Shown piece after piece: positions 12,292 through 23,916 of a stretch of DNA of 64,000 nucleotides. Below the pieces are notes generated by a model. It worked only from the letters and a program-made list of their open reading frames with translations, ran no database searches and was not told the origin of the DNA. Source of the DNA: Octopus sinensis. Its lineage: Eukaryota. Every line of letters begins with the position of its first letter. The stretch's first letter is position 1. A program made the translations under genes and the position numbers. The stretch is from assembly GCF_006345805.1 (NCBI RefSeq), contig NC_043021.1, positions 8,680,001 to 8,744,000 on the forward strand, read 5' to 3'.

Positions 12292-12710
12292 AGTGGCTGT
12301 GTGGTAAGTAGCTTGCTTACCAACCACATGGTTCCGGGTTCAGTCCCACTGTGTGGTACCTTGGGCAAGTGTCTTCTGCTATAGCCCCGGGCCGACCAAT
12401 GCCTTGTGAGTGGATTTGGTAGACGGAAACTGAAAGAAGCCTGTCGTATATATGTATATATATATATATGTATATATATATATGTATGTATGTGTGTGTG
12501 TTTGTGTGTCTGTGTTTGTCCCCCTAGCATTGCTTGACAACCGATGCTGGTGTGTTTACGTCCCCGTCACTTAGCGGTTCGGCAAAAGAGACCGACAGAA
12601 TAAGTACTGGGCTTACAAAGAATAAGTCCCGGGGTCGATTTGCTCGACTAAAGGCGGTGCTCCAGCATGGCAGCAGTCAAATGACTGAAACAAGTAAAAG
12701 AGTAAAAGAG
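12292..12710 (+). mobile_element. SINE family T
   Basis: Family consensus. Confidence 0.87.
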
Positions 12711-13040
12711 AAAGAGAGATTACGCACAAGTAAACCTTAGAAAAACGAACGAACAAATTAGACTATGTCGTCTCTAATATATATAAAAAAAAAGACAGGA
12801 TGGTTACGGTAGGAACGCTTGAGTATAAATATTTCTTATTATCATTCTTTTAACTAGAACCGCATTAACATTATATAACGTGATTTTATATTATTTTAGA
12901 CGGTTGGGCATGATTTGAACGAAATTTAGCTGCTATTTCTAACAGGTGAAATGATCACATGGCCACTCCATCGGTAAATGCATGTATATATATGCATATG
13001 TATGTATGTATGTATGTATGTGTATATGTGTGTGTGTGTA

Positions 13041-13212
13041 TGTGTTTGTCCCCTACTATCGCTTGACATTTGGTGTTGGTGTGTTTACACCCCCGTAACC
13101 TAGCGGTTCAGCAAAACATATCGATAAAGTACTAGAGTCGATTTGTTCGACTAAAACCCTTCAAGGCGGTGCTCCAGCATGGCCACAGTCAAATGACTGA
13201 AACAAGTAGAAG
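13041..13212 (+). mobile_element. SINE family T, 3' module only
   Basis: Starts at the TG microsatellite, lacks the tRNA head. Confidence 0.7.
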
Positions 13213-13695
13213 ATAAACGGTAGCGTGACTCTAAAAGAACTTCAATATTTCTCTCTTTCCGTCTGTCTCTCTCCCTCCCTCACTTCTCCCCCACTCTCTC
13301 TCCACTGCAGATTAAATGCCAAGAAGAAATTGCCATTGGTAATAAATAGAAAAATATACAATCTATATTTATGAAAAATGCATCAGTTACATTTTTCTTC
13401 TTAATTTGTTTTGACTATCAGGCAGAATGTCAGTCAAGATCATTACCCTCATTGGCCGACCACTACAAAGAATACTGTACCATATTAACACTACGCAACA
13501 ATATACCTAAAGGCACTACATATGACACCCTTCATCGCTGTTGTCGCCTTTGCTGTTATTATCGTTGTTATCAATGCTTAACCCCAAGTCGACTCTGGTT
13601 AAGCTTGGTGAATCGCACGTATGATGGTGCTAAAACTGCTTTCACAAATAATTCTGGTTTGACTACATAGATGACATTCTATTAAAGATAAAATA

Positions 13696-14104
13696 TCTTT
13701 ATATATAAAAGTCAAGTTGTGTGTCTGTCTCCTACGATTTAGATTCCTAACTACTCCCACATTTTGCGGTGCAGTTTAGCCAAAACCGGGTATCTTATAG
13801 TCGTGATTCATATCGAGCCCTTCTGGGTATTAGCGCGCGTCTACGATGAGTCTACGATGAGTCTACGATTTAAAAAAAAATTTACCATCATTTTTTTCCA
13901 TTTTAATGCATTTTTTTCGCTATTATATAAGGGAAGTAACTCTCTAAAAATGTCTACGATGAGTTAACGATTTAAAAAAAAATTACCATCATTTTTTTTC
14001 CATTTGTAATGCATTCTTTTGCTATTTTTTGACTATAACTCTCTAAAAATGCTTATATAGTTATTTCCCTTACAAGCCCGAGCAACGCCGGGCGATACTG
14101 CTAG
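13696..14104 (+). mobile_element. Non-autonomous Helitron
   Basis: A|TC 5' end, subterminal CCCG..CGGG hairpin, CTAG|T 3' end; second copy at 57121-57519. Confidence 0.85.
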
Positions 14105-15511
14105 TTAAAGATAAAATATTAAAGATAAAATATCTATTAAAGATAAAATATAAGATCTACAATAATGTACAACTTACATTTTGTCAGAAAGTACTGCTGT
14201 TACAAACAAAGAGCCAACTGCCTAAAATAGGTCAGTCACTAATGGTACATTAGAGTACAGCTTACATATGACAGAGAGTATTGTCCTTGCATTGAAATGT
14301 ACTTATGTATCAGATGGCACAGATACAACATTGAAGTACATATGCAACATCGAAGTACTTACACATGTTAGTACTGCTGTCACATCAAAGTACATTTTGC
14401 ATATGCCATTAAAGTACAGCTGACATCGAAGCAAGCTTAATTTGGTCAAACGGTACAACTGTTGCGTTGAAATGTAGCATATAGTATATACACAGACTGG
14501 TTACTTAGAATTTATGCAATACAAATTAAAAGCTCCAGTTCAGATTGGTTCCTTATTTCCCTGGGATTGGTCGTGTGATGTAAACGCCTCTGATGAGAAT
14601 GCAACAAGTTCCGAAAATCGATTAAAGTTTTCATTTTTTTCAATCTACAGAGAAATGGCTAAATTTGTCTTGCTTGTACGTCTATCACATACATCAGCTT
14701 GTACTGCTGCTGTTACATTGAAGTACAGCTTATAGATTTCAGATAGGGTTGTTACATTGTAGTACTGTCACTATAAAGTACTATAACAGTAAAGTACAGC
14801 TTAAATATGTACCGCTACTCTACTGTAACACAGCCCAAGCAGATTTACAGCAACTTTGTAAAATACAGTTTACGTGTGTCAGACAATGTTACTTTTACAT
14901 TGAACTGCAGTCTACATACCAAGCTTTTTTCTTTCCCCACTCTTACGCTCACTCACTCACTCTCTCTCTTTCTCTCATTCATTATCTATTCCACTTATCT
15001 ATCTCTTTCGTACTGGTTTTATATCCCCTCTCTTTCTCACCCTCTCTTTCTTACCGTTGTCTCTGAACTAGTTCTATTCACACCTATTGCACCGACATCA
15101 ATTCGACACATTCATTCTCTTTCCCTCGTCACCTCTTTAATATGCAACCTCTTATGCATCCGTATTAAATGCTTCATCCAATATTTATTTTCTGCAGGTC
15201 TACAGGTCGCTGAAAACAACTCTCTCCAATCTGGTATTTTTTTCTACAAAAAAATTCACATGAACCATCTTCTAGTTCCACCAGTCGTGGATGGAAGATT
15301 TGCTCTCCTAGTGACTAATTAGATCAAACAAAACCAATATATGGGTGAAATTTTAGAAATGAATACCAAAATACACTTCTTTCTGTAAAATATGGGCAAA
15401 TATTCCTTTATACACCAGTAAATAACTCAACCATGTTTGAGCACTTATTGAAAGTAAGACTGGATAAAATGTTTAATAGCGAGTTGAGGAGGTGGAAGTT
15501 TAGTAACCATA

Positions 15512-15900
15512 GGCGCAGGCGTGACCGTGTGGTAATACGATTGCTTCCCGACTACCTGGCTCCAGGTTCAGTCCCACCGCGTGGTACTTTAGGTAAGTCT
15601 CTTCTACTATAGCCTCGGGCCAGTCAAAGCCTTGTGAGTGGATTTGGTAGCCGGAAACTGAAAGAAGCCCGTCGTACACACATATATATATGTATATGTT
15701 TGTGTCTGTGTTTGTCCCCACCGCCATCGTTTGACAACCGATGTTGGTGTATTTACGTCCTAGTAACTTAGCAGTTCGGCAAAATATACCGATAGAATAA
15801 GCATTAGGCTTACAAAGAATAAGTCCTGGGGTCGATTTGTTCGACTAAAGGCAGTGTACCAGCATGGCCGCAGTCAGGTGACTGAAATAAGTAAAGGAAT
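15512..15900 (+). mobile_element. SINE family T (diverged)
   Basis: Family consensus with more substitutions. Confidence 0.8.
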
Positions 15901-15913
15901 TAGAAAGCGGTAA

Positions 15914-15961
15914 GGTTGAAGCCGGGTGGGGTTGAAGCCGGGTGGGGTTGAAGCCGGGTGG
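15914..15961. repeat. 16-bp minisatellite x3 (GGTTGAAGCCGGGTGG)
   Basis: Three exact tandem copies. Confidence 0.9.
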
Positions 15962-16140
15962 AGATAACCAAAGGTTCCTGCAAGGTTAACTAAACAGTTT
16001 AGAAATGAATAAAAATGAATGTTAACTTAAAAGCAATCTCTCATCTAATAACGAGAGAAAGAAAAATGACAATCATACTAACATGAAACAATGGAGAAGA
16101 TAGCTTCAGATATTTTTGTCTGATCAATTGTGATCGTGTG

Positions 16141-16356
16141 GAGGGTGTTGAACGCATGATCGTAAGGTTGTGGTTTCGATTCCTGGACCGGGCGATGCGT
16201 TGTGTTCTTGAGCAAAACACTTCATTTTCACGTTGTTCCAGTCCACTCAGCTGGCAAGAATGAGTAATCCTGCGACAGACTGGCGTCCCGTCCAGGTGGG
16301 GAATTTCTAAGCCACTGAAACCGGCCCTTATGAGTCTGGCATGGCTCGAGAAGGAA
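16141..16356 (+). mobile_element. SINE family B (V-domain-like GCGA(T/C)(G/A)GACTGGCGTCCCGTCCAG core), 5'-degraded
   Basis: Homologous to 48609-48867. Confidence 0.75.
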
Positions 16357-17819
16357 CATTTATTTTTATTTTTTTAAATTGTGATCGTATTTATTAACCG
16401 GATAAGATAACAATATTTAGTTACGACGCTTTGCGTACTGAGTTCAAATATATTCGAAATAAACATTTTTTTTTTCCGAGTTCTGGGACCTACAAAGCCG
16501 GCACCTACTCGTGATATTTCAGCCATCCGTTCAGTAAGTGAGAAGTTGCCGAACAGCCTATACCTATGGATGTCTACGGATCCCTATGGAGGTCTGTCTA
16601 CGGACACCGCTTGCAAAAGGCTACTCAATATAAACGGTCATTAACATTATAATGGTTGAGTGTGTCTGTGTGTATCGATGTATAAATATATTAACTTATG
16701 ACCAACTTTTTACTAATCTCAAACCACACGGAAAAAGATATGAACACAAACCGATTGATTATAAACAGGATAAATGGAACTGTATATTGACAGAGATATA
16801 TTTTCCAAGGGGTATCTTCTATCGTGGCCACGAATTGGTGAGGCTTTATAAGATTTGGTGGAAACTCCTCAGCAAGACCCCCTCCTGATCTAGAGAGTTA
16901 AAGTGTCTCTATAGTGCCTCTAGAAGATTCTTTTCTATGTATTGTAACCATTCAAATTTTATCACCGGTCTGCGGATAATTTCTTTCCTATCTCCCACCA
17001 GGCACAAGAGGCCCTAGATTGGGTCATACCCTTCCTCTTCTGACAAACACTTAAAAGCAAAATCTCATTTTTCATTCTCATATTTTTCTAATACAAAGCT
17101 GTCTTTTTTCTTTTCTCCAAAACCGAATTATTTAAATTTTTCTCAACTATTGAGACATATTCTTGAAAGATGAAATAGAATGGAAATAAATTCCTTAATA
17201 GTGTACCAAAACCCAAAAGTATACAGGAAGAGCAAATGAGATGTAATGGAAATTAGTTTCTAATAAACAACACGAAATACTTTTGGTAGATTATTTAGCA
17301 TCCATCCCTTTTTACTTATTTAGCACGTATTCCTATACGCAGAATCAGATATAATTCTGAATAATTCGAGGATTCGTGTCGTTATAAAACGACTTAGAAT
17401 TATGATGGAAGAGCAAATGAACTATGATAGATATTTACGTCTATTTGAGGAAAAATACCATCTAATTGTAAATCGTTAGCTTAGCATTCTATCAACTGGA
17501 ATGTCCTTGTCAATTTGTATCAATTATTTTAACTGTTTTCTCCCGCGAGACAGGAAGTAGCAGATATTTCGGAGATATGGTATGTGTGTGCTCAGTAGTT
17601 TTAAAAGTGCAACAACACAAATGAAGAGAAATGAGAACTGACGAAAGAAACTGAGTGACAGACTCCCACTCAGTATATATATATATATGTGTATGTATAC
17701 ATAAATATATAAACATATGTATGTATGTATGTATGTATGCTTATATATACATATATTAGAATAATATAGTTTGTATGACGCATTGCCTTGGCTGAAACTA
17801 AAAAACATTTATGCGTGTT

Positions 17820-17848
17820 TGTATATATATATATATATATTATATATA

Positions 17849-17926
<78 letters not shown>

Positions 17927-17983
17927 CAGACAGAGACATTAATAAACAGACAGATAGATAGATAGATTCACACACAAACATAT

Positions 17984-18070
<87 letters not shown>
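17820..18070. repeat. (TA)n/(GA)n compound microsatellite
   Basis: Direct reading. Confidence 0.9.
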
Positions 18071-18074
<4 letters not shown>

Positions 18075-18250
18075 ATCCAACAAGAAACACAGAAAAAAGA
18101 GAAAAAACACAGCAACGCAGGACGTGGAACAATTAAAGTATTATTGACGCTCAGGAAAGAAGGGAAGGAGGGTTTAACGTTTCGAGCGGAGCTCTTCGTC
18201 GGAAACAAGGAGAAGGAAAGATCCCAAGGAGGGAAGACAGAGGAGACAAT
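18071..18250 (-). mobile_element. Penelope-like terminal fragment with hammerhead-like motif at 18172-18206
   Basis: Minus strand GTTT-CCGACGA-A-GAGC TCC GCTC-GAA-ACGT-T-AAAC: stem I GTTT/AAAC, stem II GAGC/GCTC, palindromic ACGT stem III. Confidence 0.6.
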
Positions 18251-18281
18251 ATTTGAGCTGGTGGTGCTTAAGAGATCACAC

Positions 18282-18316
<35 letters not shown>

Positions 18317-19161
18317 GGAGACAGACAGAGACATGGACAAACAGACAGATAGATAGATAGATTCACACACAAACATATATATATATATACACCACAAAAC
18401 CCACATCTGAAACAAATGATAATGCAAGCAATCCTAATATCTTAATGGGAAGAGGAAATGAGAGCCTGCAAAATCCCTGTCTTTCGAAATTACACATCGA
18501 TCTGTTTCTCGGGCCTACTCGCGAGACTACGGATAATGATCCGTTATACAGGTAGCCAACAAGGTTTGTACTGTTTAGTAAAAAAAACGATCAAATAAGA
18601 TATTGTGAATTTCCTCTTGCATTTCCGTAGAGCAATGGTCATAACAATAATAACAATAGTGACAATCGTAAATGAAATGAAATGATAGCAGGGATCAAAA
18701 TTACTCGTCGATTTCACTTACCAAAGTTTTTTTTTACCTCTTTACCCAGTCATATTTGTTACTTACTGCTTGCTAATCAGTGATGTTTGTAATAACAGAA
18801 CTACCAAGCATATTTCGAAATCAGACACAAGTAGCATAAAGAATTAAAAACACACAATGTAATAATTAGTTTTACGCTGTAAACTTCTCCAACAGGTTTC
18901 GCATTTTCAGCTCCTTTCTCCTTTTCTCTTCTTGTTTCTAGACGAATGACCATGCTTCTTCAGAGCGTTGACTTCTACTTCTTGGTTGCAGCGTAAAATT
19001 AATTAGTTTGTTTTCTTGATTGCTTTTATTATTTTCTGGATGGCATTATCCTTTACGATATACAATTATTACACAGCTGAGAACTTAAATCCAGATTACA
19101 TGGGATTAATACTGATTAATATGAAAAATAAAATAGATAGAACAGAACATATATCTCTTAC

Positions 19162-20456
19162 CTCAAGCACCATAATAAAGAGTATGACAATGCTCCCTAT
19201 ATGTATTCCCTGGGAGATGTGGTGTACCCGTTCATACTCATCTTCGTAGTACTGAGCTTCTTTCCTGTAATCCCGACTGTCATTCTCCTTGCCAACGTAA
19301 TGGCCGAACAGATAAAAACTTTCCTTGATGTTGTTTATATGTAACACAAACAAAGGAGGTTCCGACACATTCCCAGAATGCAGTTTATTTTCTTCTGTTT
19401 GTAATCGCGCTTTCTTAGAATCATCGTATCCACTGATGTGCGGTGAACCCGGTTTGATCCTAGTGTTTTGGGGTAAATCCTTAGTTACTGTTCTGTTGTC
19501 TGCTCCTTTCGCATAGTATCTGGTGTCGCTGTATTTGCGTTCCACTGTTTTCTGTCTTTGTGCTTCTTTCATTGTAATGTCCCGTGGACTTTTCATTGCT
19601 TCCCTAGTAATCATAGAAGGCTTTGTTATGCTAATAATGTTATTATTAATATTATAATTAAAATTATCATCATCATAATTATTATTATCATCACTATCAC
19701 TACTACTAATATCACTACTATTAACACTAGTAATACTACTATTAGTACTACTACTGCTACTATTTTCAATAATAATAGTAGTATTGCTACTGTTAATAGA
19801 AATACCACTGTTACTATCAGTCGTACTACCACTACTACTATTACTAGTACTACTAATCGTAGTAACAATATCACTGATATCATTACTAATAAGACTAATA
19901 CTACTATTGCTTTCGCTACTATCGTTATTAATATTATTATGACTACTACTACTGTTTTTATGACTGTTACTACTTGTATAAATATGACTACTACTACTAC
20001 TACTATTGCTAATGTCTTTACTGTTAGTGTTTGTTTTACTGTGTTTATTTGTGTTTTTGTTATTGTTGTTATTAACTTTGTATTTTTGATGTGTGAGGTT
20101 TTGCTTTTTGCCCGTAGAGGGCGTTGTAGTTCTTGAAACTGCTAGGTTGTTTGCAGTCCCATCATTCTTAAAGGCACTGATAAGCGTCACGTGATCATTT
20201 GAGTTATGTAAATGGCGCCGTTCCGTGTGACGCTGCGTGGTGGCGGTCGTGTCACATGTGCAGTTCCCAGTTGTTGTTGACACTTTTGTGGAATCCTCTG
20301 GATTTGGAAATACTTTATGCAGAGCCATACTTTCTCTGAGCTTTGAAAATACTGATTCAAAACTTTTACCTTTAAAAGATTTGAACTCGTCTGGATATGA
20401 GGTTTTAAGGAAGTCTACAAACTTTGCAAGTTCAGCTTCTTCATTCTCAAATCGAA
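19162..20456 (-). CDS. Internal coding exon of a putative Hv (voltage-gated proton channel)/TMEM266-like voltage-sensor-domain protein: giant S1-S2 loop plus S2 helix
   Basis: Acceptor ttttctttttccag|TT at 20457/20456 and donor GAG|GTAAGA at 19162/19161; 1295 nt = 2+431x3, open throughout. Ends ...ISQGIHIGSIVILFIMVLE, matching the H-x-x-S-I-x-I-L-x5-E register of Hv1 S2 (HYMSITILVFFMME). The frame stays open through a triplet-repeat tract full of stops in other frames. Exon reality is better supported than the family call. Confidence 0.65.
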
Positions 20457-22140
20457 CTGGAAAAAGAAAAAAAAAGAAACAGAAATAGAAAAAAATGTAC
20501 GAAAAGATTAACAAGAAGATTTAAATTAGATAAATAGAATTAAGCACTTTATCAAGGATTGACACAATAAATTCCTTGTTTACTATCAAAATTCTTGGAT
20601 CTTGTTTAAATATTGATCTGTTTCTCAAAAGCAAAGAAACGACCAGAGAAATGGCAAGACGTTTACTATTTCTCGATAAGCTCTGAATGAGGTTGGCGGC
20701 AATTTTCAGAACTCTTAGACATTAAATGTAAACAAATGTGAAAGAGGAAAGAAAACAACAATATTATTCACTTCTATAGAATTGCTTGCTTGAGTAGAAT
20801 TATATTATCACAAGATTTCTGCTTCTTCTTCTTCTCCCTTTCTCTCTCTTAAGGAACTGTCTTACAATTAAAACTGTTTGCAATTGGTTTCTTTCAAATG
20901 TAAATGTAGTCGCTGCTTACAATTAAGTTCTATATTACATATCCTTTACACGCTATCGAATCTTCAAGAAGATAATTATACAATCTCAGAGAGAAAATGT
21001 CTAATCGATTTCTATTTTAATGAGTTTTATTAATGACTTAATGAGAGTTTTAAATAAATGATACTCCCAAGCGGATGTAAATATATGATACAGTTCATAT
21101 TTACATAACTCCCACTTATGCAAATATGAAGTATTCCATAATTGTGCCCTTTGAGAGTGTGCCATTCCAGAGAGATATTTTGACGATAGAGAAAGAAATG
21201 CAGAGATATTTATAGTGAGAGACAGGGTCCCACAGTGAGTATTTATGAAAACGCCTCTGCTTCACTGTTATCGTTTAAAATCACAGTTTTACAAACAGTA
21301 AGAATTGAATTAGATACATCCAATAATAGTTTAACATTGTCTTCCAGTTGTAATATAAGAAGAATGAAATAAAATGCGATTTGAAAGAAGCATAAATATG
21401 TTGCATAAAATATACGATTCTCAGTCCGTCCGTTCGTCTCTCCGTCCGTCACATGCTATCTTCAGATCAGAATGATTTTCAAGTAATTTATTTGGAGAAA
21501 CGAAATAAAAATAGTGAGTTTATTCAATTTATTTATTGAATTCATGTGCGCAGCGTAAGGAAAAATAAGGTTTGTGTTTGTTTTTGGTCAAAGTTTATTT
21601 TTTGTTTGCACGCTACCGAAAAAAAAAAACAAAAAAAAACAAACATGCCCATGAATATTTCATTCTCATATACAAAAATAGATTATGTGATGAAAGGCAA
21701 AAGATGAAGTTAGGGAGATAGGGAGAAGGAAGAGAACGATAATAAAAATAACAACAGATTTACTACAGCTTTCAACCAGTAGGAAAAAAGTTACTTAAGT
21801 TGTAAATGTAGTTTGATTTATTGAACACAGTTTCTAGTGTCTCTTGAAACCACTTACTTTTGAGGTGGATAGGTAAGCTATTTTACAAGAACCGTCTGTA
21901 AATTCAAAAGTCAATTCTTATCGTTTGTAAAGTAAATAAGATATTTATCTTTACTTAAATATTTGTAGATATACAAATATGAAATTTGAGAAACAAAAAT
22001 TACGAAAACATTCCGTACCATGAATAAAATATAATTCAACGAGACTTAACAATTTAGCACTTTTTGTCCATAAGAAGTTTTGGCAAAGATATTTTACTGA
22101 AGCGTTGCATTAATATCAGGACAATTAATATAAATACTAA

Positions 22141-22480
22141 TAGTTATCGCCAAGCTAACATGGCAGTCCAGAAAAATAGAACGAATGCTGCCGTTGATTA
22201 GCTCCACTGAATTTAGGTAAATAATCCTTCGAACAGTCGGTCAGCAGCGACGCCTGTTGGATTCGGCTACTCCACATTGATAAGAGGCGAGGACACCTGG
22301 AAACTAGTCTCTGGATGCCAGACCAGCAAGGGGAAGCTGCTGACCTCCCCTGTTCGAAGGTTATAATGGACACAGGTTTGTGTGTCACACAGCTAGCTAG
22401 AGACGATGGCCTCTTAGAGCTAATCAACGGCAGCATTCGTCCTATTTTTCTGGACTGCCATGTTAACTTGGCGATAACTA
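22141..22480. mobile_element. MITE with 64-bp TIRs
   Basis: 22141-22204 and 22417-22480 are inverted repeats with 2 mismatches; TA at both ends. Confidence 0.88.
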
Positions 22481-23551
22481 TTAATACCCAGTACTGCTGC
22501 CGTAGTCTCCTTTAGAGAGAATTAGAAATAATGATATTTCTACAATTATTATAAAAATTTCCCCTTAACATCGTCAGCTCCGAATATTACTAACACACAC
22601 ATACACATAGTTACTCATGTGAAAGATTTTATATGGACAAATAACATATTAGAAATAGCATCCACATTTCTTTCAAATCAGCCAGAAAGACACATAAAAT
22701 GATTAAAATAGAAATCTGACTAAGAATGATGCTTATAGAGAAGTCATGTAAATAAATGTAAATATTGTAGAATGTATATATTGAATTTGCAGAATATGAA
22801 ATATCTTTAACATACATGTTTTCAGTCAAAAATATGTAAATACAATATATTAAACCTTTGCGGAATTGACAACGTAAATTTCAATAATCTATCCAATTAT
22901 ATGGCATCTAATATAAAATTTGTTTTTCTGGAAATGAAAATAGAAAGCTAAGAACTTTCTAATTCTTTCAAAGAGCTTTTGTATTTAAACAGAATGTATA
23001 CCTTTATATTAAATATAGCATTTTAAATTAACCAAAAAGAAAAATTAGTTAAAAATTTTACCATCTCACCGTCAGCAAAGAGACGAGTAACGAACCAGTA
23101 AACATTAATGGTACTTTTCATTAACTTGGTATCTGCCCAGCTTATATATTTAACAGTTAGTTATTGTTTTTACTGTTTCATTGGGTGCAAATATCGAATA
23201 CAGAACTAATTGTGTTGTTCTGTGTTCGATCCCGTGGTACATAAGTTTCAATAAGTTTTGTGCCATAGCCTGAGGTTTACCAATACCGTGTGAATTGAAT
23301 TTGGTAGATGAAAATTCTACTGACATATGCTATGTATGTATATCTCTACATAAAGTAAACTTCTGTTCCCTCAGGTATTCTGGGCTTTTGTCACAGTGCA
23401 TAGTCAGAAAGCAACTGTCACTCTCGCCAATTCGTAACTCAAATTAATTTCCCATTTAATTGGCTGAAAATTACAATTGTATTTCTATATCGAAAACAAT
23501 ATTTCGTTCCTTCATTCCTTTTTTTTCTATCAGGGCTGTTTTTCCTTTTCC

Positions 23552-23916
23552 TTTTACCCTGCGCACGTAAGCGAAAGCAGAATATTCTAATCACTCGTGT
23601 TTGTCTGTTTGTCTGTGTGTTTTAAAAATTACCGGAAAACGGCTGAACGGATTCTCACCAAATTTGGCAGAAATAGTCATTGGATCAGTGGTTCGAACTC
23701 ATTAAATTTTAGTTTGACTGTCTTCAAAAATAGTGGACGGGTGAATCAAAATGTTTTTTCTTTGTTACACATGCATAAAAAAAATAAGCAGGGGAAATAA
23801 CTCTTGATGTAATTTTGTTAAAATATGAATTCGTCTGAAAAAATATGTTTATTAAATTAAATTTTATTTTATCCTTGCGTGCGCGCAGGGTTGGTATCGC
23901 CCCCCGCCCCGATGCC
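23552..23916 (+). mobile_element. Helentron-associated (HINE/DINE-1-like) non-autonomous element
   Basis: Subterminal inverted repeat ACCCTGCGC (23556) / GCGCAGGGT (23883-23891), internal GTCT/GTTT repeats, 3' hairpin GGTATCG..CGATGCC, T-runs at both ends. Confidence 0.6.

Noticed and set aside
15055-15243. Phase-0 acceptor followed by KKIPDWRELF... as the possible next exon
   Set aside because: Hits a stop before the donor and has no S2-S3/S3 motifs
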